Of a DNA stretch of 22,183 nucleotides, positions 1 through 7,210 are shown one piece after another. The stretch is from a virus (lineage: Duplodnaviria; Heunggongvirae; Uroviricota; Caudoviricetes). A model generated the notes under the pieces. That model worked only from the letters and a program-made list of their open reading frames with translations. It did no database searches and was not told the origin of the DNA. The position numbers and the translations under genes were made by a program. Location: IMG/VR virus record IMGVR_UViG_2778261277_000014. One strand, written 5' to 3'. Every line of letters begins with the position of its first letter. The first letter of the stretch is position 1.

Positions 1-1
1 A

Positions 2-1297
2 TTAATTTTTCATTGCTTCGTTATGGGGCATGGTTGGGGCAAACTCGCTTAACTGTGTATTTAACAAAGCTACCTGTGCATTATTGTTTTCAGACATCCA
101 TTTTCCGTATACCTGAAATACCATTTGCGCATCTGCATGGCCCATCTGGTTTGCTATAAATGCCGGGTTAGCACCAGCTGTCAGCGACCAGCAGGCATAA
201 GTATGTCTCGACTGATATGATTTTCGATGGCGGAGTCCGGCACGTTTTATCGCTGCGTCCCACATCTGCCTTATTGAGTCAACGGTAAAATGGTCACCAT
301 AATTTTTTACTCTCGCTGACACTTCAGGTTGAAAAACAAAGGTGCATTTATGTTTTTCTGTTCTGCCATACTCTCTGAGGTGAACATCAATGATATGCTC
401 TTTGCTCAGTCTCGTTAATGTCATCTGACTCCGGAGAGCGTCGATTGCTGGCTTAATAAGATGAATGACCCGATTGGTTCCCGCCTGTGTTTTTGGGACC
501 GTGAAACGGTCTTTTGCTAAATTTCTCCTGATCATCATTGTTCCATTTTTCAGATCTATGTCCTCCCATCCAAGTGCACACAGCTCACCAGGGCGAACGC
601 CAGTATAAACAGAAACACACCATAAATTTTTGGCTTGCTGATTTCTGCACGCATCGATAAGACGGATGAATTCCTCCCGCGAAAGAGGATCCGGAATGGT
701 TCTTGATTCCTTTAATGGCGAGATCCCCTTAAACGGGTTATCTGCCAGGTAACCGTTATCAACACCAAACTGGAACACGGCGTTAAGATTTGTCATGTAA
801 TTATTTACAGTTACAGCCGATCTCCCTGGTTGTGTAACAATATAGTTACTTTTGGGGATCTGGTATCCAGTCAGTAGCTCTTTACGAACCTCCAGTAATT
901 TTTCTTTATTAATCGATGAGGCAAGATTTTTTTCACCGATTATGCTCAGGATATTTTTGATGACGGCACGGTATGTGTTGAGTGATGTTTTTGCGACTTC
1001 AGTTTCTTTCAGTGCCAGAAATTTTTCAGCCAGTTCTTTTATGGTTAAATCTTGTCGGGCCTCACCAAATTTTTCCAGATTGCGTGAGGAGGGAAACTGT
1101 TTTGCATAGTCGAAAACACCAGTTTTTATTGCGTAACAAACAGAGGCGCGTAGCTCACCTGCAACGCGCCTGTTTTTTGCTGTGTCAGGAACCCCCAGGT
1201 TTTCCCTGACTCTTACGCCTTTATAAACAAACCAGATACGTAATTTCCCTCCATGGTTTTCCACGCCTGTCGGATATTTCATTTCAACTTCTCTCAT
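2..1297 (-). CDS. int: Phage integrase (tyrosine recombinase); probable true start at Met6 (coordinate 1282), complete with TAA stop at 2-4
   Basis: 431-aa ORF at the prophage edge next to an excisionase-like gene; C-terminal region has conserved R, H-x-x-R and Y residues typical of tyrosine recombinases (RHTYACW...). Weak SD (GAGAGAAG) before ATG at 1282, none before 1297. Confidence 0.88.
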   Translation of the reverse strand: MREVEMKYPTGVENHGGKLRIWFVYKGVRVRENLGVPDTAKNRRVAGELRASVCYAIKTGVFDYAKQFPSSRNLEKFGEARQDLTIKELAEKFLALKETEVAKTSLNTYRAVIKNILSIIGEKNLASSINKEKLLEVRKELLTGYQIPKSNYIVTQPGRSAVTVNNYMTNLNAVFQFGVDNGYLADNPFKGISPLKESRTIPDPLSREEFIRLIDACRNQQAKNLWCVSVYTGVRPGELCALGWEDIDLKNGTMMIRRNLAKDRFTVPKTQAGTNRVIHLIKPAIDALRSQMTLTRLSKEHIIDVHLREYGRTEKHKCTFVFQPEVSARVKNYGDHFTVDSIRQMWDAAIKRAGLRHRKSYQSRHTYACWSLTAGANPAFIANQMGHADAQMVFQVYGKWMSENNNAQVALLNTQLSEFAPTMPHNEAMKN

Positions 1298-1316
1298 TAG
1301 TTAGTGTGGCTTTTAG

Positions 1317-1568
1317 TCAAGTAAGATGACGTCTTGGTCTTGCTGATGCCTGGCGCTCAATCCAGCGATCAATTTCTTCCAGGTTGTAAAAGCATGGACT
1401 GTTATCCCATGGCATACCGTCATGAGCGACATGCTTATATTCCCTTCCTTCCATAAACGATTTTTCCCGGGCCTTTTTTAACGTACCTTTTTTTATTCCT
1501 TTCAGCGCAATTAACTGCTCTTCGGATACCCATTTGCCGGGAGAGACAATCATGATTACTTCGCTCAT
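1317..1568 (-). CDS. xis: Excisionase-like small DNA-binding protein (Xis)
   Basis: 83-aa ORF immediately upstream of int on the same strand; contains a 'GREY' motif reminiscent of lambda Xis (DGREY); position is typical. Confidence 0.6.
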   Translation of the reverse strand: MSEVIMIVSPGKWVSEEQLIALKGIKKGTLKKAREKSFMEGREYKHVAHDGMPWDNSPCFYNLEEIDRWIERQASARPRRHLT

Positions 1569-1640
1569 CGATTTCTTTATCTCTTACATCAGACGAGCGC
1601 CGGTTGCAGAATACCAGTCACAACCGGCGACAGTTGAACA

Positions 1641-4112
1641 TTAAGAATCAGCCTGACTCGGGATCAGTTTTTGCCAGATAGCTGAAACGTATTTTGCCTG
1701 GTAACGGGCGTCATCAAGTGCATTATGGCGCTCACCTTCGAATGGAATAGCCGTTCTGGCATCGAAGTCTATGGCTTTCCCCAGCTCAACGATTGTGCGT
1801 ACATCGCGATCGTTGTAGTAACGCCACGGGCAGGGGATCCCCTGCCGTTCGTATGAACGGCGCAAAATCGTGTTGTCGAAGTTGGCTCCATTTCCCCAGA
1901 CATGAACAAAAAATTCACCGGAGTTTTCGTCGATAAATTCCCGCAATTGTAACAGTGCATCATCTAACGGGATTTCATCGGTCATAATGGCAGATTGCGC
2001 TTCGCGTGATTGTTTAAGCCACCATTTAATGGTGTCCCGATCAATGACTCCGCCAGCAGTTTCCAGATCGATAGTCTTACTAAATTCCGGTCCCATATCT
2101 CCGGTTTGCGGATCGAAAAATATTGCACCTATTGAGATAATCGGGGCATCGGGATTTTTTCCCATGGTTTCAAGGTCGATCATCAGATGAATCCCCGCTC
2201 TGCTGGTGGATGTGAGATTATGATGACCGTTTGCCTTAATTAAGGGATCTGACGCCTCGCCAGTTTCACTATCGCTGGCATGATGCTGATTGCCGCCAGT
2301 GTTCTCCTTGTGCTGATGCGCAGTACCTTCCATTTCCTCCGGATCATTTTCCTGAACTTCAGGCTGATTCTCTCCATCGAATATTTCCTGGTATGTTGCG
2401 TCACCCATCACCGCACCACAATCAGGGCAGTTGCCGCCACCGCTCTGACCGCAGGCGGTGCAGATCTTTTCCGGTTCCTGTTGCACTACTGGTTCAGGTT
2501 GTTTCGTTTCTGGCTCGTTTTGTTGCGTATTTGGGCTGTTTTGTTCCGCTTTCTGGTCGTTCTGTTCCGTTTCTTGCTGGTTCTGGTTCACAGAATCGCG
2601 GGTCTGGATCCCCTTAATCCATTTCGGATCATTCGGGTCGCTAATCCCTTCAACAAATTTACCACGTGATACTGCAAGCAGTTCATCGGCGTCAGGCTGG
2701 CTGATATTGGCTGCCTGCATAATTTTGTTTACTTCGTCAGCGGTAACTTTTACTGACCCTGGTTGTGCGGTCGTGTCAGATGCACCAGTATTTTGTTGTG
2801 AACCTGAGTATGTACCGTTTTTGCGGGCGAAATATTCTTCTTTCGTGATTTCAGTAGCCCCAGCAGACAGCGCCTTATCCAGACCAGAAAGTTTATTTGC
2901 GCGACCGTATTTTTCGCCATCCTTGTCGGTGAAGAGGAAGTAGAACGGCCCCTCACGTTCTACAGATGGTTCGACTTCCACTTTGCATTCGGTTTTTTCG
3001 TTGTCTGGAATTGCCGTTTCCACTGCATCAGTTTCTGGTACTGGCGACGAGAGAGTATCAGTTGCGCTCTGATTTGTTCCTTCATCTTCAAACACGCCCT
3101 TTGTAGTCAGGTATTCAGTAATGTATTTGTTCAGTGCCACAGGGTCTTTGTGAATGTCGATCGGACGTTCACGGACAAGGCCAAAAATAGTCTGGCGGTC
3201 GTAGCGAAGGGCATCAGGCTGTTTGCGCATTGATGCCGAGATACGCTTCCAGTCTTCGCGGTCGTTGTCGATAACTTCATTTTTTGCCCAGCGATGGATG
3301 CTGCCGTCAATGTTTCCGGCATCCACATCACCAGGCCAGAGAGCGTAGGCCAGTTCGTCATCCAGTGTTTTCCATGTCTGCTTGTATTCGCGATGAATGG
3401 CAGCAATGACCGGGTTGATTTTTCCTGTTGAATTTTCAGTGTGCTGTTGATTGGCTCTGGCGCGGGCGAGATCAACAACAGACGTGTATTTTCCGGCTTC
3501 CTTGCGTTCACCTTCGCGACGTTTTTTCCAGATGCGCATCTCTGCCTGAATTTCGGGCCATTTGGCACCAGGCTTACATTTATGCTTAACCCACCCGATG
3601 GCATGCAGCTTAAGCTCCGGATACATAGCGTTAACTTCTGGCATTTTCATCAACGCTTCAACGATATGGCCGTCGAATGTTGCCATGTCTTCCTGCAACA
3701 ATTCCTGTGCGCTAATCACCATATCAACAGTGATGTTTTCACATGTGTCGAACTTAACCATGACAGCGTTCTGTACTTCAGGGGCTAGGTTGTCAAAAGT
3801 GACGTTCATCGGATCGGATTCAGTCTCGACCGGGACAAAGGAAGCAGACGCCTCATCCCAGCGGTTTTCCTGCATATATTCAGCATCCCAGGAATCGAGG
3901 GCAGGGCGGGGTATACCGGGTTTATCCTCGCAAACAAGAAATTTATAAGCGCAGTCCTGAGCAGCCGGATAATGTTCCAGGAATTGCCAGTGAAATTTTG
4001 CGCGGGCGCGACGTTCATCACCGGCTTCAATGGCAGTGGCTACAGCGACGGCACCTTCTTCCTTTATTGCCTGTTCGTCCGGAATGGCGGCGCAAATAAA
4101 GACTTTACTCAT
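1641..4112 (-). CDS. Large multidomain exonuclease: N-terminal unknown domain, C4 zinc-ribbon, Q/E/N/P-rich repeat linker, C-terminal DnaQ-like DEDDh 3'-5' exonuclease domain
   Basis: 823-aa ORF; C-terminus carries Exo I (MIDLETMG), Exo II (WGNGANFD) and Exo III (HNALDDARY) motifs; CTACGQSGGGNCPDCG zinc-ribbon; sits where lambdoid recombination/exonuclease genes lie. Confidence 0.85.
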   Translation of the reverse strand: MSKVFICAAIPDEQAIKEEGAVAVATAIEAGDERRARAKFHWQFLEHYPAAQDCAYKFLVCEDKPGIPRPALDSWDAEYMQENRWDEASASFVPVETESDPMNVTFDNLAPEVQNAVMVKFDTCENITVDMVISAQELLQEDMATFDGHIVEALMKMPEVNAMYPELKLHAIGWVKHKCKPGAKWPEIQAEMRIWKKRREGERKEAGKYTSVVDLARARANQQHTENSTGKINPVIAAIHREYKQTWKTLDDELAYALWPGDVDAGNIDGSIHRWAKNEVIDNDREDWKRISASMRKQPDALRYDRQTIFGLVRERPIDIHKDPVALNKYITEYLTTKGVFEDEGTNQSATDTLSSPVPETDAVETAIPDNEKTECKVEVEPSVEREGPFYFLFTDKDGEKYGRANKLSGLDKALSAGATEITKEEYFARKNGTYSGSQQNTGASDTTAQPGSVKVTADEVNKIMQAANISQPDADELLAVSRGKFVEGISDPNDPKWIKGIQTRDSVNQNQQETEQNDQKAEQNSPNTQQNEPETKQPEPVVQQEPEKICTACGQSGGGNCPDCGAVMGDATYQEIFDGENQPEVQENDPEEMEGTAHQHKENTGGNQHHASDSETGEASDPLIKANGHHNLTSTSRAGIHLMIDLETMGKNPDAPIISIGAIFFDPQTGDMGPEFSKTIDLETAGGVIDRDTIKWWLKQSREAQSAIMTDEIPLDDALLQLREFIDENSGEFFVHVWGNGANFDNTILRRSYERQGIPCPWRYYNDRDVRTIVELGKAIDFDARTAIPFEGERHNALDDARYQAKYVSAIWQKLIPSQADS
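2480..2600. repeat. Imperfect ~20-bp tandem repeats inside the exonuclease gene (encode the Q/N/E/P-rich low-complexity linker)
   Basis: Direct reading: reiterated units resembling TTCTGG(C/T)..GTT(T/C)TGTT(C/G)CG on the plus strand; on the minus strand they encode repeated QN.QE..EQN peptide units. Confidence 0.6.
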
Positions 4113-4204
4113 TTTGTTTTACCTCATTACAGATTTAAGGGTGAACAAATCCCTGCCATTGCTGGCATATAAGAATGAAATCGGATGTTTATTACGGAAC
4201 TGTT

Positions 4205-4396
4205 TTAAAGACCTGCCGGGATTTCGTTATTATCCTGGTGAATAACTTTATCGACCGGGTAACAGTTACCGGGAATTTTCTGTTCGGTTGCTGCAGTCAT
4301 ACACTCCTGCATTGTCCTGTGAACACTGACTGCAATATCAACTGGCTCTCCGGAAACAAGAAAAACTGTCAGAACAAGCGCAAATGCTGAATTCAT
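4205..4396 (-). CDS. ydfD: YdfD-like small protein (63 aa) with N-terminal signal peptide/TM segment
   Basis: ATG at 4396 preceded by AAGGA SD; start overlaps the upstream gene's stop (ATGA); hydrophobic N-terminus MNSAFALVLTVFLVSG; position directly after dicB as in Qin prophage (recalled, not searched). Confidence 0.7.
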   Translation of the reverse strand: MNSAFALVLTVFLVSGEPVDIAVSVHRTMQECMTAATEQKIPGNCYPVDKVIHQDNNEIPAGL

Positions 4397-4581
4397 TGTG
4401 CACATCCTTTTGGCATCAGACGTAAACGAGCCAGCATTGAAACAATGCATATTTTATTTAATAGCTCCCGTTCTTGTTTTCTCTTGTTAATGGCATCTTC
4501 AGTAAATACAGGGTTACTGATAGTGACACCAATTTCAAAACAACCTTCAGACGTATTAACGTTTGGTAATAACGTTTTCAT
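4393..4581 (-). CDS. dicB: Cell division inhibitor DicB (62 aa)
   Basis: ATG at 4581 with GAGGA SD; the 62-aa product MKTLLPNVNTSEGCFEIG...MPKGCAQ matches my recollection of E. coli DicB; lies immediately downstream of a DicF-like sRNA, the canonical arrangement. Confidence 0.8.
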   Translation of the reverse strand: MKTLLPNVNTSEGCFEIGVTISNPVFTEDAINKRKQERELLNKICIVSMLARLRLMPKGCAQ

Positions 4582-4750
4582 TATCGCGTCCTCAACAATG
4601 AATTTTGTGATGCAGTGCCTGGTGCCTCCAGGTGACGTTAACCAGTTAACAATTAACGCCGGATACAGAGAATCCACCCATAACACTGTTTTTGGTTTTA
4701 ACTGTTCCGCGTGCGCTTAGCCGCATTCACCGCATCACAAAATTCACTTT

Positions 4751-4808
4751 AAAAACGGCGGCAGAGCAGTCACGGAGTAAAACTGATACCGCCAAACGTC
4801 ACCAGAAA
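4751..4808 (-). ncRNA. dicF: DicF-like small RNA (about 53 nt) ending in an intrinsic terminator (GGCGG...GCCGCC stem + U tract)
   Basis: Minus-strand sequence UUUCUGGUGACGUUUGGCGGUAUCAGUUUUACUCCGUGACUGCUCUGCCGCCGUUUUU matches, from memory, the published DicF sRNA at all but about one position; located between the ydf genes and dicB. Confidence 0.65.
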
Positions 4809-5067
4809 ATTGATAACAGAGGGCGTTGCAGCGGGGTTGTCACTTAAGCGTATGGTCAACCTGACAACTCGGTGTCCTCAACGGGGAAGGAATAACCCCG
4901 CCATACTTACCGCCGCGCCATTTTGCGGGTTGCCACAACCGGAAGCGCACGGTCGAATTAAATTTAACGACACCGTACAGTGAGACGAACTTCGCCGTGC
5001 GCTTTCGTGTTGTGTGCCTGCTTTTAACCACGTCAGGCGAGGTGGTATCCTTAAAATCACCACAGTT

Positions 5068-5643
5068 TTAAGGATTCATTAAGCAATGTCGCAACCACCA
5101 ATAAATCCGCTTAAGAACATGAAAATTGATTACTGGTATAAAGCGCTTACAGTTGTTGGCGCTGCGTTGTTTGTCTTTAATGGAACGTCTTTTTTTGACA
5201 GATATCCCGTTGTTCCATTGGGTTTTTTGTCCTCCGGCATCTTTTTTATTGGTTTGGGGGAGTGGATTAATCACCCTCTCAAAGTGAGATTTATTGGTCC
5301 TGGAGTTTGGACTTGTGGATATAATCGTTCTTCGTGCGCACTCGGTATCATCTTCGACATACTTGGTTGTTTCCTGATTGTTACAGGAGTCGTCAAGTTC
5401 TTCTGATGTAAAACCGCAAATGGGGCACGTAACGGGAATTTTGAAAAGCGTTTCTCCGGGTTCCAGAACAAAATTTTCTGCGGTCTGATTTTGCTTCTCA
5501 TATTTGTGCTCCGCGTCATTGTGAGAGCACATTCTTATTCTGAGTGCCTGTTTAAACTCACTGAAGCTGAGAGCTTCTTCGCCTTCGGCAAGGCCTTCGA
5601 AGTATTCTTCGTAAGCCTTTTCCATGATTGTGTCGAAATCCAT
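5068..5643 (-). CDS. Hypothetical protein (191 aa) of the dicB-type operon; acidic N-terminal half with a CPICG motif, K/R/N-rich C-terminal half
   Basis: ATG at 5643 with AGGTGA SD; its start overlaps the stop of the upstream ydfA-like gene (translational coupling). The C-terminal half is compositionally odd and lies antisense to a plausible membrane-protein ORF (see 5086..5406). Confidence 0.5.
   Translation of the reverse strand: MDFDTIMEKAYEEYFEGLAEGEEALSFSEFKQALRIRMCSHNDAEHKYEKQNQTAENFVLEPGETLFKIPVTCPICGFTSEELDDSCNNQETTKYVEDDTECARRTIISTSPNSRTNKSHFERVINPLPQTNKKDAGGQKTQWNNGISVKKRRSIKDKQRSANNCKRFIPVINFHVLKRIYWWLRHCLMNP
5086..5406 (+). CDS. Alternative call: small 3-TM membrane protein (106 aa) antisense to the 3' half of the 191-aa ORF
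   Basis: ATG with TAAGGA SD; three hydrophobic segments flanked by charged residues. Cannot be distinguished from the opposite-strand ORF by sequence inspection alone. Confidence 0.3.
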   Translation: MSQPPINPLKNMKIDYWYKALTVVGAALFVFNGTSFFDRYPVVPLGFLSSGIFFIGLGEWINHPLKVRFIGPGVWTCGYNRSSCALGIIFDILGCFLIVTGVVKFF

Positions 5644-5644
5644 A

Positions 5645-5800
5645 TCACTCACCTGAGTTTCTTTCCAGCCAGCGACGGGCACCATTTTCGGTTTTAAACG
5701 TTTTGCTTTTGGTATACGTCATTGCGGTGAACGTGCCGTCCTGGTTTGGAAACACGCCGTACACCAGAGATTCGTTGTTGCCAAGATCGATAGTATCCAT
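5645..5800 (-). CDS. YdfA-like small protein (51 aa), first gene of the dicB-type operon
   Basis: ATG at 5800 preceded by GAGGT SD; stop overlaps next gene's ATG; size and position match ydfA of Qin (recalled). Confidence 0.55.
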   Translation of the reverse strand: MDTIDLGNNESLVYGVFPNQDGTFTAMTYTKSKTFKTENGARRWLERNSGE

Positions 5801-5876
5801 GCTGACCTCATTTCCCCTTAACGCCGGGGTAGCGGAACTGTTTGCTGAGAACACCGTGCGGTGTCTTGATGGAGGT

Positions 5877-5905
5877 AATTTAGTTTTCTCATTATTTTTC
5901 GTCAA
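5877..5905 (-). promoter_or_regulatory. Candidate promoter of the dicB-type operon (-35 TTGACG, 17-bp spacer, -10 TAAATT on the minus strand)
   Basis: Read directly on the minus strand about 80 nt upstream of the ydfA-like start; a DicA-operator-like motif lies just upstream (5916-5935). Confidence 0.4.
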
Positions 5906-5915
5906 GGTTTTTTGA

Positions 5916-5935
5916 TGAGAAAACTCAAGTATTGG
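5916..5935. promoter_or_regulatory. Operator-like motif TGAGAAAACTCAAGTATTGG (copy 1), followed by an 8-bp inverted repeat GTATTGGC-N10-GCCAATAC (5929-5954)
   Basis: Near-identical copy of the motif in the dicA-dicC intergenic region (6452-6470); imperfect palindrome TGAG-N4-CTCA. Confidence 0.5.
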
Positions 5936-5992
5936 CGCAAGATAAAGCCAATACATTGAAATGTAAGGCTTTAAAATTTTGTGAAGGGATGA

Positions 5993-6400
5993 TTATTGAT
6001 GCTTGTTGCGTTTGCGAGCCTCTAATAGCTCGGTGAACAGGCGATTAAAATTCTCAACGCGGGCGCGGAGTTCGCTGAGTTGTGCTTGTTGCTCTGATTT
6101 AGGAAGTGCGCGATACAAACGCAGCATCTCTAACTCATCTTCCGATAAGTCTAAGGCACTATCGAGTGAAACAGGGGGAGCTGGTGTTTTGTCCTCGTCG
6201 CCAAACAGTATCCAGGTTGGTGAACATTGCAATACCTCGGCGAGGCGATGCAAATTTTGCCCGCGCGGGGCTGTATGGTCACTTTCCCATAATGAAATTG
6301 ATGAGCCAGATACGCCAGCAGCTTTGCTTAAACCGTTTTGACTTAAGCCTACCTGCTTACGTCTTTCTCTAATGCGTTGACCTAAAGTTTTCTCGTTCAT
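5993..6400 (-). CDS. dicA: Prophage repressor, HTH XRE family, DicA-like (cI-type), 135 aa
   Basis: HTH segment LSQNGLSKAAGVSGSSISLWES and the VLQCSPTWILFGDEDK block recalled from DicA; divergent from a Cro-like gene; start at 6400 is an internal Met of the 152-aa track ORF, chosen to match DicA length; no SD (possibly leaderless). Confidence 0.88.
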   Translation of the reverse strand: MNEKTLGQRIRERRKQVGLSQNGLSKAAGVSGSSISLWESDHTAPRGQNLHRLAEVLQCSPTWILFGDEDKTPAPPVSLDSALDLSEDELEMLRLYRALPKSEQQAQLSELRARVENFNRLFTELLEARKRNKHQ

Positions 6401-6451
6401 ATTTAGATATCTTAATAACCCTTGACTTGAGATTCCTTGAGTGATTGGCAT

Positions 6452-6470
6452 TGAGAAAACTCAATATTGG
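6452..6470. promoter_or_regulatory. Operator-like motif TGAGAAAACTCAATATTGG (copy 2) in the dicA/dicC divergent promoter region
   Basis: Same 13-bp core TGAGAAAACTCAA as at 5916-5928; sits between the divergent repressor and cro-like genes. Confidence 0.5.
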
Positions 6471-6477
6471 AGGTGCG

Positions 6478-6705
6478 ATGTTTAAATCAGACGTAATTAA
6501 TTTTTACGGTACGAAAGCCAAAGTAGCGAAAGCTGCTGGCGTTGACCCATCTGCTGTTTCTCAATGGCAAGAGCTGGTTCCTGAAGGTCGCGCGATGCGT
6601 CTACAGGAGGCATCTGGCGGCGAGCTTCAGTATGATCCCAAGGTTTATGACGAATATCGTAAGACGAAGCGGGCGGGGCGGTTGAACAATGAAAATCACT
6701 CCTGA
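6478..6705 (+). CDS. dicC: Cro-like regulator DicC / YdaS-type HTH protein (75 aa)
   Basis: ATG at 6478 with GGAGGTG SD; product contains ...AKAAGVDPSAVSQWQ... HTH; C-terminal sequence matches recalled DicC; divergent from dicA. Confidence 0.82.
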   Translation: MFKSDVINFYGTKAKVAKAAGVDPSAVSQWQELVPEGRAMRLQEASGGELQYDPKVYDEYRKTKRAGRLNNENHS

Positions 6706-7210
6706 ACAGGCTCGTGAGGCTCTGGATGCCTGGATATGTCGACCAGGAATGACACAGGAGCAGGCGACGATATTAATCACTGAAGCATTCTGGGCTTTGA
6801 AAGAGCGCCCGAACATCGATGTTCAGCGTGTCACAGATGAAGGTGGCGCGGTTGATCAGCGAGCGCTTGGCGTTAATCGAGTGAAGATATTCGAACGCTG
6901 GAAGGCTATCGACACCAGGGATAAGCGTGAAAAGTTCACGGCGCTAGTGCCTGCAATTATGGAGGCTATCCGGATTAATGATTTCAGGTTGTATCGTGAA
7001 ATTAGTGACGGAAAAAGCATCACGTACATGATCGCCGGGTTAAACAAAGAATATGGCGATGTGGTGGAGTCCGGACTGCTTTTTGCTGATCCTGCCGTAG
7101 TGGATCGTGAAACTGACGAACTTATAGAAAAAGCAATTGCTTTCAAACTTGCGTATCGACAGCAATACCAACAAAAAGCTGGATGGAATTATGAGCCTTC
7201 TTTTTGCTGA
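6689..7210 (+). CDS. YdaT-like protein (regulator downstream of cro-like gene in Rac-type immunity regions)
   Basis: 173-aa ORF overlapping the end of dicC; position and size consistent with YdaT-family proteins; assignment by context and recollection only. Confidence 0.6.
   Translation: MKITPEQAREALDAWICRPGMTQEQATILITEAFWALKERPNIDVQRVTDEGGAVDQRALGVNRVKIFERWKAIDTRDKREKFTALVPAIMEAIRINDFRLYREISDGKSITYMIAGLNKEYGDVVESGLLFADPAVVDRETDELIEKAIAFKLAYRQQYQQKAGWNYEPSFC

Noticed and set aside
852-1209. Plus-strand ORFs inside the integrase gene
   Set aside because: Antisense to a well-supported integrase CDS, no start signals.
2280-2943. Plus-strand ORFs 2280-2669, 2393-2617 and 2458-2943
   Set aside because: Antisense to the exonuclease gene's low-complexity repeat region; Phe/Leu/Cys-rich as expected from antisense of Q/E/N-rich coding sequence.
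4840-5063. Minus-strand ORFs 4840-5031 and 4878-5063
   Set aside because: No start signals; region is the untranslated segment of the operon transcript upstream of DicF.
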